DNA of 64,000 nucleotides. Source: Kondoa subrosea (Eukaryota). The notes below the pieces were generated by a model, which ran no database searches, was not told the DNA's origin, and saw only the letters and a program-made list of their open reading frames with translations. Both the position numbers and the translations under genes were made by a program. This document shows positions 1 through 11,277 of the stretch, piece after piece; position 1 is the first letter of the stretch, and each line of letters begins with the position of its first letter. The DNA lies in NCBI GenBank assembly GCA_039545335.1, contig BCIN01000006.1, positions 744,001 to 808,000 on the forward strand, read 5' to 3'.

Positions 1-1807
1 GGCATCAACATCTGGATCTAGGTCTGCCAAACCTTGCAGGACGAGAGCCCGTCCTTGTAATTCTGTTGGCATCATATTCGTCGCGGCTATCGAGTAATTC
101 TTGTTGGAGTTGATCTGCTCAAGTGGATAACCTCTTGGCCAGATATCAGAGCGTCCGAAATGCTTGTAAGGATTGATAGCAGTATCTTCGCGCATGTGAG
201 GGTTGAAGACAGTCTGGTAAAGGGGATCATCTGGGTCGAGAACACGAATTCCTGTCTTGACATCATTGATATCGTTGTCATCGTCCGTATCGAAGATAGT
301 TTCAGCACCCAGAGCAATAGCATACAGGTAACCGAGATTCTTGCGAGTGTAAGCTTTGTAAGGAATGTGACGCGGAGAGTTGAAAGGTAGGCGATATTGA
401 TCTTCGACTGACAAGAAGTAGCATGCTCCATCGTGCCAAGTCGTAGGTGTTTTAGTATCGGCTACAACTACAACATTCTGATAAAAGACGGTCAGAGAAT
501 GTTGTGCTTGCCTGAATCCAACTTACCCAATCTTCGAGAGCACAATAGTGGTCCATCACATCGGTAGGCAAAGCAATTGATGTGACAATAACCCATTGCT
601 TGTTGCCTCTTGTGTCAATTGTGGAGAAATCTAAAGTCGGCTTTGGACCAAAAGCAATGGAAACAAGGAGAAGGAAAGCGTAAAGGGCACCAGATAGCCA
701 AAGACTTCGATTAGAGGCTGGCTGCTTCTCTGCTTCTTGTCGGAAGAAAGGATTGGCCCGTTCGTTTGGAGGTGACAGAAGGAAAGATTCAGCCTCAAGG
801 GATTTGCGTTCGTCGTCATAATTGAAGGTCTTGGGTTCTGCAAAACGGGTAGCAACTTCAGGTGTTCCGAAAGGTAGTGTGGCTTCGGCTCTTTCTTCGC
901 GAATCGAGGCGAAAGGAACAACGAAAGAAATGAGGGCCACTGCTACTAATTGAAGACTGTCATTGGCCAATCTTGTGGAACCTGCAGCCTTCATCTGGTC
1001 CTGCATGAGAGCAAAGAGACTGCACGAATTCAATACGGGAAAACACCACATGAAGAAGTCTTTTACCTGATCAATGCCAGATTGACGTTCCAGCCAACAA
1101 ATGCAGACACTCTGTGTGAGCCGAAGACAGTAGCTATACCGATAATGATGATAATAAAGCACTGCAGCAGGAATCAGCAAGAGGACCTAAATTTGCATAT
1201 TTCAACTGACCTGTAAAACCCAACTTGATTGCTGCCAAAGTATGATGTCTGGAAAGATTGGGACTAGACCAATTGGAAGAGGGATAGCTGGATTGCTGAA
1301 GACGCGCAGGGGCAAAAGAGTGACGAATAGAATGCCTGAGAGATTAGCAATAGCTGTTGACGATGTTGCGAGGGTATTCTTCAGTGATGGTGTTGCGCTT
1401 GCTCGTGCGTTGTCTAGAGCTGAGAGTTGAGCTACAGCAAGTGCTGCCAGAGGTAGATGTGTGAGAAAGATGCTTGCTGTGAGCAGATTCTTCACATCTG
1501 TTTGATAAGCCAAAAGTAGCGCCAGCGCCATTTCCAGTATGCGTAGTGGTGTGATATGAGCGAGCGCCAGCGCTCTTTTGCCAGAATACTTGCGCACCAG
1601 CAGTCCTAGAGTTGTAAGGAAAACCAGTAGAGATGGATCAATCCAGACGAGATATCTCATTGCCAATTGCAGGACAACAAGAGAGGCAAAAGGATAGACA
1701 GCCAAACCAGCGGAGGAGAGCTGAAATGACGGACGCATTCCACAGCACGCGCCTAAACATCCTGCAGCTATGAGCGATCCAGCAAGTGCAGCAAGTGAAC
1801 TGTCCAT
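1..1807 (-). CDS. Multi-pass membrane domain fused to a STELLO/DUF288-like glycosyltransferase (3' end runs off the window)
   Basis: Manual splicing: exons about 1807-1211, 1161-1067, 1019-527 and 477-1, with GT-AG introns and frame preserved. C-terminal part reads KQWVIVTSIALPT...DW|NVVVVADTKTPTTW...RKNLGYLYAIALGAETIFDTDDDN...NPYKHFGRSDIWPRGYPL...QGLADLDPDVDA, which I recognise as STELLO/DUF288 motifs. N-terminal part is hydrophobic with several TM-like segments. Confidence 0.85.
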
Positions 1808-2366
1808 AGTAGGCTGTAAGAATACGTAATAGAGCAAGGAAGAAAACGAGCGAACGCTAAGAAGTCGCGACGAAAGGCAGAGACACCGAACTGATTGTTG
1901 CTTAAATGTCTTGAACGCGTCGGTAACCGCTTGAAACATTAATTCCGAATTAGACCTGATAACGGTTATGCGGCAAGCGTGAGTTAGACAAGGCAATTCA
2001 ACGTAGGCCGCATATTAAGGACGAGTAGCTGAAGACAGTGAATAATGTCAGACGAGCAGGGGGTGGATCAAGTATTGAAATAATTCGGGGGTGAAGCGCA
2101 AGACTCAAAGGCCAAAGGTATCGTACGGGAGAAACTGAGCGAGCAGCCAACTCAACGCTCGAACTCAATGTGTTAAACTTTGCCCGAGAAATACAAGTCG
2201 CTGCCAACGAAATGAGGAACTTAAAAGGGTGAGGCGTGTCCGCTCTTGCCTATACAAAGGCTCTGGTACGAATACAATGAACCTATTCGATATTAATGAG
2301 ACTGTCCAATAATATATCCGTGAAATCACAATTATCCCTATTGTTTCTTTTGCTCTCGATACGATT

Positions 2367-3713
2367 TTAGGTATATCGCTTCCTGTTCACATTTCCCGGA
2401 GATCTCGGTGTAGATGGTTCGCTCTGTTGATCACAAAGCGATATTAGAGTTAGTCAGTAGCTACAAATGTAGGCGAAAAATATCGCACCTCTTCTGCAAT
2501 AGGTGTTGGAGGACCATGACCAGCTCCTTTGATCGCTTCACCCGTCAACAAAGGCGTTGTACCAGGTGACATGGCTCTGTGTCTTCGTGCAGCTGAGGTA
2601 TCTTGTTTCCGATTCGGTGAAACCGCTGTGGAAGTAGAACTTGAAGCTGGAGTGAGATCGTTAACTTTAACTTGGACGCCTGAAGGTAATTCGTAGGAGT
2701 CGAAGAAACGAAGTCGAAGTCGATGAGCTTGTGGTAATTTGGGTAAAAGACCAAAGCATATTACGGTGAAGAGATTGAGGGAGAAAAAGTTTGGATGAAG
2801 ATCGTAGCGCACATAGTGTGTAGATAAGAGGAATCTGTTTGGTACAACGATGCTGGCATCAGCCTGGAAACTGAAGCTCCGTCATGCAGGACGAACAGTA
2901 ATATCGGCAAGGATGTCATGTATTTCCTAGCTGGCGTATGCTGTGCACCATGATCGATTTGTTCCCAAAAGGTCAAGCGATCGAAGGCGCCTCCATTAGC
3001 TGAGAAAGGTGTTCCAGTTGTGCAATGGAATACGACAAAGGTGATCTGCAGCACAAGGTAAGCACATTAAAAGAAGGAGAATGACACAGCTGACCAAGCA
3101 GTATGCTTGTACCACGAAAGTCCATGCTTTCTCTTGCGTCATGCCTGGCACTATATCGACCAAAACTTTCCCAAGCACAATCAAAATGATATGAATGACC
3201 CAAGCTCCTTTGAAGTTGACCCAATCCGCGTTGACTGTGAGTTAGGGTTACTTCCTTAGCTCTGTTGTTGCGACGCACAAGGAGAAACTCACTATTGACT
3301 AGTGCTTCTCGGTCCAAAGTCTCGTCATAAGTCTCCTGGACTTCTTGAACGCTAACAATTGAGCTCGATCTCTTCCTTCCACTTGCCCGTCCAACTGAAC
3401 CAGTTCCAGCAACAGTAGCAGCATTCGAGTCTGTTGATCCAGCTACTTCACTGCTCTCGTGCGACATTTCCGATTGGTTATTCGGGAAGTAATTGGTTGA
3501 ATGAGGGGCTGTGAGGCCGGGCGAGATAGCTGAGGTAGTAGCAGTGTGCAATTGAGCTTTAATAGAATTGTAGGATGGCTGCCGATTGGATAGTCCTCTA
3601 GGGCGAGTCTGCGTGGCAGTGGTGCTTGCTTGGGTTCCACCTGGTTGCGAGAACGACCGAGAAGGAGGCCGTAGCAGGGGAGAGGAGCCTGACTGAGATA
3701 GAACGGATGTCAT
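2367..3713 (-). CDS. ORM1: ORMDL family sphingolipid homeostasis protein
   Basis: Spliced product contains VNADWVNFKGAWVIHIILI, FHCTTGTPF..NGGAFDRLTFWEQIDHGAQHTPARKY, FLLSTHY, LLPKLPQAHRLR and a Ser-rich N-terminus. Confidence 0.93.
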
Positions 3714-4437
3714 GACTGATAGGCAAGATTTCCTTATTGCTGTTCTAGCACTGCGAGTCCGCTGTTGCTTGCAATTGAATCGTGTTCGTGAGGTGACAAG
3801 CAGCACTCAAGCAGATATCGCGGGCAAGTCAGGCGAGATTTGACACGCAACCCCGTTGTTCAAGTAAAACCGAGAGAACGAAAGCAAGCATCATTCAAAG
3901 TTGAATGTGCCACTGGTATATCATGCAAGTCAGCTAGCCTAACAGAGAAGTCCCTCTGCTATCATCCATTGTAATTCATGACTTCCCAGCTGACTGTACC
4001 AAGTCTTACATTCACCGCTTGAATGACCAGCTTTCGACTTTCGTCAATGATCTGCAGGGGTGGAAGTCTTGCAGTGACAGCACAAATTGGGCTAGAGCGA
4101 TAAAGCTAGTCATGGGATGATCGCTTCGGCTTTCGACCAGATTGCGACCGAAGCTTTCAGAATCGGAAGCTGTATCAATCAACTTCTAGTCAGTACATTA
4201 GTGGTGACAAGATTCCATGATACTCACTACCGTACTGTTCTATCTGATCTTGGTATCGAGAAGGGGCCTTGACATGTTGAGAGGAGAAGATGTTGTCTAT
4301 AGATCGGTCCCCATAGATGACTCAGAGGTGAGTACTCCTGGCGCTTTTACGCAGATCTCGTTGGAAGACTTGCAGATATTGCTAATGAGGGAATAAAGGA
4401 TGAGCTGCTACGGGTATAGCAGTTTGAGACTTGAAAT

Positions 4438-5235
4438 TCAGTCGGATCCTTCTTTCTTTGCTCTCTTAGGCTTCGGTTTCTGTTCCTCCTCCGACTCTTC
4501 TTTGACATCTTCCGCTTCGTCTTGCAGATATGGTGTAAGATCTTCGGGTATTTCGAAATCGTCATATTGCTCATGATGTTTCTTCATAAGGTGTGCGTAT
4601 TCAGGATCCTTTTTGATTCGATCCAATACCTCCGCAAAGACTCTACTCATCATCAACACATGTAATTCCCAGAACGGACGGTGCTCACTTTGCACAAGCA
4701 GCTTTCTCAGGATCCTCTACTGCATCTTTAGGCAGCTCGACCTTTCTCACTTCAACTCCTTTTGAGTTCTTCGTGATCTTGATTTTCACTCCTTTGGGCG
4801 CATCTTCGCCTTCTTTGAGAACGCGATACTTCTTGCCTCCAGCTCGATTAGCGTATCTCCTGCGTCGCTCAAATTGAGAATGTAGCTTGATAGTACTAGT
4901 TGAGCTTACCTAGCCCTTGTGACGCCCATCTGTACGAACTTCCTAGTCTGGTCACACGAAGTCAGCCTATAGCTTGACTCCCGGTGTAAATCACTGACCA
5001 TATCACATCCAACAGCGTCTGCTTCCTTTTTATACCTCTCGAAGCGTTCATATAAAGCAGCAGAAGACTTCTTAGAAATAGCAACGGTCTTGAATCTCCA
5101 ATCAGGCAAAATCTCGCTCTTGTAAGGCTCGCAACTGAGCACGCCTTGTTCGCCTATGCCTTGTCGATATAGTTGTGGATGTGTCCGTAGATTGAGACGC
5201 TTGTAAGGAAGATCGTAAGGAAACTTGGGCGCCAT
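4438..5235 (-). CDS. DUF4385 family protein
   Basis: LRTHPQLYRQGIGEQGVLSCEPYKSEILPDWRFKT...GCDM|TRKFVQMGVTRARRYANRAGGKKY, followed by an acidic/basic tail. Confidence 0.8.
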
Positions 5236-5424
5236 TAAGTCAGCTAGATCCGCACAGAAGCATGCAATTGAAGGCGGGGAAGGAGAAGTACAAGTAATTG
5301 CTCTTCGGTCAGTTGAGTGAGCCTTAAGTTGGAGCCGCACAGACAGATACGCTTGGTGATCCAAGAGGCGAAGAATAAGTTGCTCCCCTCTCAATCAGTT
5401 GAGTGAACAACAGCTAAAACCACG

Positions 5425-6870
5425 ATGGAAGCCGAGCAAGTTGCAAGACGGATACTGCTGGATTATACGACCAGATCCAAGCAGACGATTCGCAAGCTGG
5501 CCTTTGCACCAGTCGTCGAAAGTAGCATACTTGCGTTAGGTAGGCAATCGGCGAAACACAGGCTTGTTCGGGCTGAATATCTGCAGGTTGTGACACATGT
5601 CTGGAGCTGGTCCAATTGCTATATAATGAAGCAGGCGTAAGGTCTTGTCGAACTTCACGTCAACAAGTTTATGATGTGCGAATCTAGGAATATGAAGTTG
5701 CGCATCTGAAGACTGTTCTACTCGGCTCTAGAGTCACTGCTCTTGCCTTTACTTCTTCTTCCAATTCTTCTTCATCGAGCAATGCTTACCTCGAGTATGT
5801 TCTTCCTTCTCAGCGAGTATCCTCAAAGATCTCACTTGCTTGCTATTGTGGAATCCTCGTGGCCACTTCTGACAAGCGGCTACGCCTACTGAATCTAGAC
5901 CTGGATTTGACCAAATCTGAGCAAGAAGAAGCTAGCATCGAAAGCATCGCGGGTCCGCTGCAAGGTCAGATCAAGTCGATAGCATGCTGTCGCGCACCAG
6001 GGATGGAGGGTCGGGCAGTGACAGTCGGAGGTAAAATATCGTTTACTCCTCAAGCAGCATCTCATAAGCTCAACGTCTGCCAGATGATGGAAGTTGCATT
6101 GTATGGAACTTGCGAACAACAGAAGAAGAACTTGAGCAGCCTCTTTCATACTCAGTCAGTACTCTTTCATCGTACATCGCTCTTCGGTTAAGTTGGTGAG
6201 ATGCTCGACAGATACCTCATCCCTACCCTGTCAATTCAGCTGCTTTCCACCCAGAAGCAGCCGCTCTCCTTATGACTCACGATTGTCGAAACACAGTACG
6301 ATTACTAGAATGGAATGATGAGAATACGACCGGTCCTCAATTAAGCTTGTTTGATCCGAAAGGTGTAGTATCAACTGGAACTTGTTACAAGGGCGCAGCA
6401 GATTGGAAGCTTACAGATGGAAGCGTGTATGTGGCTTTTTAAGCGTACTCACATGAATCGCTAAGGGTTCAAGCAGATTTGGTGCTGTGACCGAAAATAA
6501 TTGGGTTCTGTGGGATATTAGGCAAGGAAACAAACCGATAGCAAGAGGTGAAGCTTTGGGTCTGTCAGGTAGTGATGGCTTTCTGTGATTTCTCCGTCTT
6601 CTTCAGTCGAAAGCATGCTCATCGTTCTCCAGATGGTCACCTACAAATGCTCGGTTGTTTGCAATATTCTCATCCAGTCCGAAAGCTTCACCGCCTATCA
6701 AAGTTATACACACTTCATTCCCTCAAGCACCGCGAGGCATTCAATTCCCTGGGTCAACTCGAACGGTTGCTGATGTAAAATGGTTACCGCAAGGAGGAAA
6801 AGAGATTTTATGTTGTGCGTTAGGCAATACTGTCGTGCTGGTCCACGGTCAGATGTGATTATAGGTAAGT
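5425..6870 (+). CDS. Probable WD40-repeat protein, orthology unresolved
   Basis: Fragmented exons with a WDIRQ motif (about 6511) and VADVKWLPQGGKEILCCA; boundaries uncertain. Confidence 0.45.
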
Positions 6871-7067
6871 GAATTCACTTCTTGAACAGCTGTCTGACCT
6901 GAACATACATCAAAAGGCTTGAAGCATGCTAGCCTTCGCGGAGTTGCTTCACTGGCAATGTTCTGTCCCTGTATCTTGCCAATTCTACATGCTTGCTTCA
7001 TGGTTCGCTGAAATCCCTCGGATGCATCTTCCGATTGCTTGCTGCGGGCAAATACCGAGATCAATCG

Positions 7068-8390
7068 ATGAATCCGGCTTCTTTCTTCATCTTTCTGGTT
7101 TCTACTCTTCTTCGCGTTTTTCGCTTGTTCCGAATTGATTTCTACTTTGCTATGCGCAAAGATATCGGAGTGAACATAGGTGCTTGCGTCATGACTTTTG
7201 CGATTCCTGCCAATGCAAGTGACACTGACATTGAGATCACTGATGTCCAAGGTGTAGCTTCATACAATTGGCTGGAAGGGCGAGATACTACAATAGCAGT
7301 TCCAGGTGAGTTCCTTGCATAGTCACTTTGTAAAAGCTGATGTCCGAGCGCTTAGGACATCCACCAATCTGGAATGAACCATCTTTACCTAGACGCATTC
7401 TGCCCGACAGAGGTCATGCTTTCATCGATCAGAATGGTGCACGAAGACCTTTGGCACCTCTCGAACCTCTCTTCGCATCAGTCAAGATCATGAATCCTTC
7501 GTTCAAGTTCAACTCATTCGACCTAATCACTGATCGGAACTGTCTGCGCAAGCTGTATCGATTCGTCTCTGCAACAGCTACCAAAGACTTTCGCATCAAT
7601 ATTATCCGGAAACGGAAGACGATCATGCTCTGTCGATGGGATGAGAGGTGTGAGGAAAGGAATGATCCGTTCAAAGGAAATTTCAACGGATTTGGTTTGG
7701 GATTTGAAGCAATGGCAACGAGGACAGAGAAAGGTTTGGAAGGGAGCACAGGTCATCATCGGATCATCCGCTATGTAAGTAGCATCCAAGCTTGCGCGTG
7801 AGGAATCTCATTGGCAGTAACAGGACTTTGGTGGATTGAAGTGTCTAGTCCGTTTTGAGCTGGACGCAGCTCTGTGGACTCCTCTTTCCGTTTTACCTTC
7901 CGTCTCTCCTTCACCAGTGAGTAAGAATCGATCATCTGCTCTTCCATCTCTTTCGAGTCTCTCAGTCCATGCTTCGCCTATCGATGCTGCTGGTCAACTC
8001 AATATCAAGCATCTTGGTAGACTAGCACCTCAACGGCAAGTACTGGAAATCACAAGCCGATCAACCCATAGGCGCGAGAACATGCCTTTCGACGAGTGGT
8101 ATTGTCAGCTGTTCTTCTCTGCGACTCCCAAGCTATACATTGGGTACCATCGTCAAGGCACCTTTCACGAGATACAGAAGCTCAGTGTAGGGGATGTCAA
8201 GTATCAATGCGACATTCAAATGGAAACTTCACTTCGAAAAGCTCGGAAGCTTTTGAGCCAAATCATCGCATTTGCATCGTCAAGTGAAGAAGAACAGATT
8301 GTACTGATTTGCGAAAACGGACGATTGGCGGCGTGCGAGCATCTAGGAGGCCAGTTTGCTGCGAGTGTAGATGGGTTCTTCCACAGGTGA
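7068..8390 (+). CDS. Rai1/DXO-like (PD-(D/E)xK fold) fungal protein
   Basis: Three exons: VASYNW..IAVPG|HPPIW..ITDRNCLRKL..GFGLGFE..GHHRIIRY|DFGGLKCLVRFELDA..LEITSR..WYCQLFFSATPKLYIGYH. Start could be 7068 or 7152. Confidence 0.65.
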
Positions 8391-8571
8391 AGAGTTATGT
8401 TTCTTCTTCTCCCGAACAGCTTGAAGTTCGACCAGCTTAAAGTTCTATAATTTACTAGACTTTGCCATGGCACTATTACAAGATACTAGGCACCGCGCTT
8501 TCACTGGGGCCCATATTTCGACTTTCTGAGTTGCTGAGCTGTTTCCCAAACCGTGACCTTATTTGCTTAGG

Positions 8572-11102
8572 ATGACTTCTAATGATCTGCTACCTCTCTT
8601 CGATCAAGCTGTGGCCGACATGCGACCAGGGCAGATCGTCATGTCGCCCTCTACTTCGGTTTATAACATGATGACAGCCGCGGAAATTGGAGATCCTCGA
8701 GTAGACTCTGGCATGATTAACGATGCACAGAAAGCACAGCCACCTTTCGATCCTCATACCTTGCTGCTGCCTGAGGAGATCTTAGTCGTGATGGACGACT
8801 TGTTGCGCTGCGAAGTAGATCCTTATCGTTTGTGTCTGCTGTTGTCGGTCAGCTCGTTGATGCATTTGAAACAGATGCTATGGCACCAAGGCTATGATCT
8901 GGCTGCTACACTATATACATGTCAATATGTTCATCACCTGGAAGCAACCTCTATTAAGAATCTCGAGAAACGTTGGTCGAGAAGCCAAGATGTCGAGAGA
9001 CCTGTAGAATTGATTAGTGATGTGCTACGTCCGTATGTCATGGCTGTCATTAAGACCTGCGACATCGTCTGGTGCGAATTCGTCAAAGGGCATCTTGTCG
9101 AGGCAAGGCTCGTGTCGACCATCAATCTGTTACGATGCTGACTGCTGGATCAAGGTAGAAGATATTTCGACTGACAAACATGGTCTCAATCTGCTCGAAG
9201 AAATAGAGCCAGACGAAATCATTCAGACACTGGAACATGCTTTAGAATGGTTGAACCAATGGTCTGGGCCTCAACGACACAAGCAAGCCTTGTATGATCG
9301 TGTCTTATGTCGTCTCGTTAGTCTTTTGTATCTTCTTGCAATACTATGGTCTTACTTTCAGGCCCGAAGCATTTCTTCTATGCACTTTGCGTTCTCAATT
9401 CGCCTACACCCGAGACCGCTCCTTCTGTCATGCACAACCTCTACTCCGCGAGAGAGGCGCTGCGAGCTATTTCCGAGTGCAAATCTTCCGAAAAAGCTAT
9501 CGAGAGCGTCAGACTAAAAGGCCTATTCGATCCTCACATGGCGAGGGAGCTACCGACTCGCCAGCCCCCACGAACGCTCGAGCTGCCAGATATGGCTTCT
9601 ACTATCGCTCACATGGATCAAATCATCGATATTCATGGAACTGCCATAAATATGAAGGATGCAGACGGTTGGAATGTATGGTTTGTAAGGCTACCAGGAC
9701 TATAGGAGTAGATTAGGCTATTAACTCCGTTTGCCAGAACTTCTTCATTTACAAGTCTCGTACGGATCTGCTACCCTATTGTCGCTCAATATTGCAAGTG
9801 CGTTGAAATCATTGGTCGTTTTGTCTACAGCTCATGTAACAGATTAGTCCTCCTTTTTGGATCCCAACGAATCAAGTAACCTCATCGTAGGCCGAAGAAA
9901 CCTTTCATGGCTTGCTCAATCTTTTATCTACCAATATACCGGACTATCCATCGAAACCCTGGACAATTTGAAGCGGTCCAAGATAGCTTACTTACCTGGG
10001 AATACAGAGAAGAGTGAGTTGGGCTATAACTTTGGTTTCTGGTTATCAAAATTAGCTGGCGTGAGACTCTTCCACATGAGGACGTTTACGCTTATATGCT
10101 GAAAAGAGAAACAAATAGCAACTCGTCAACTTTACACGCATACTCGGCAACAACAGAGCAAGGCAAAAGAGAAAGCTCTTGCAATGTCTTCCACAGTGGA
10201 GTTCGCTTATCGACTCAGTAAGGGGTTCATCTAGATAAAGCTTCAGGTATAGCGCTGACCGGTTGTTCGTTGCGTTCACAGCTTTCGTCTATGTTGCGTC
10301 ATGTCGAATCACCTATATATCAGCCTATACTATCTGCGCTCGCTTTATTGCGACTGGATATTGCCCTAGAATCGATGATGTCTGGTTTCGACCTTGAATT
10401 ATACAATGAGAACGAATGGCTCTACATTTACTGGATCTGTGAGCGATTGATAGACGGTCAACTTGAAATCTTCTCCGGGATGGCCAACAGTACGATCATG
10501 CGTTTACCTTCTTGGCCCTTGTGCTGATTTAATGGCATAGACGTTGCTGATGAAAAACTTCAAACCTTCATTTCTTCCCGAATGCAATGGGCTTTAGCTT
10601 TGAGAAGCATGTGCAGAGCCTCTATCTCTGTATGATACTGACTGCAAGTATATATCATCGCTAAGATCTTTTTAGATGCTGCTGCTACAGCCTAAACAGC
10701 AAACGATCTTGCGATCAGACGACAAAATGCAAGCAGCTCGTTTTGATCGCAGGCTATCGATACTGCCATTACAGCTTGGTAATTTGGGTAACACGTTGCA
10801 ATACGAAAGATTCATCGCCGATCTGCAGCCAATGGCAACAGCTGTGAGTACATTTCAGTAGTCACTTCACTAGTGGTCTTATGTGCCATACAGAGCAAAT
10901 TCGCCAAGGCACAAGCTCGCGATGCTCTGCTTTGGTCTCAACGCTATCTCTCCAATTGGACAAGGTTTTCTTTCGTCGAGACTGGAACGATACTGTGCAT
11001 TCGCGAGAGTCGGACAGTAAGTATGTTCTATTAGAAGTCAGCGCTGCTGATCTTTGGATTAGCTTGTTGCGCAAATGCAAAGCATTGTTCAGCAGAATCT
11101 GA
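8572..11102 (+). CDS. MAK10: NatC N-acetyltransferase auxiliary subunit (Naa35/Mak10)
   Basis: MMTAAEIGDPRVDSGM, LLPEEILVVMDDLLRCE, WHQGYDLAATLYTCQY, NRARQKRKL, GFDLELYNENEWLYIYW; multi-exon. Confidence 0.92.
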
Positions 11103-11277
11103 ATGCTGTAGAAGGTGCAAGTGTAGATCTCAGACCGATGCTGCAGCCAGGTCACTGGTTCCCGATATTCATAGCATAAATTCGTAAGCGTAAACAAGTA
11201 CAAAATATACCTACACATAAACATATCACGTCAATAATAACATCATAGTACATTTTATCGCAAAGCGGTAGTCTCTT

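Noticed and set aside
87..431. ORF-track proteins 87-431 (-) and 160-390 (+)
   Set aside because: Off-frame or antisense shadows of the STELLO-like exon
1187..1210. Possible 24-nt in-frame micro-intron (gtcagt...tttag)
   Set aside because: A 49-nt intron from the same donor, with a branch-like gctgat and tgcag acceptor, fits local intron sizes and gives a more hydrophobic, spliceable exon
3860..4430. Possible ncRNA or small gene (short inverted repeat cttcgg...ccgaag, isolated splice-like signals)
   Set aside because: No recognisable tRNA, snoRNA or snRNA boxes and no coherent reading frame
7068..8390. Geranylgeranyl pyrophosphate synthase label
   Set aside because: No DDxxD prenyltransferase motifs; motif order fits a DXO/Rai1-type fold better
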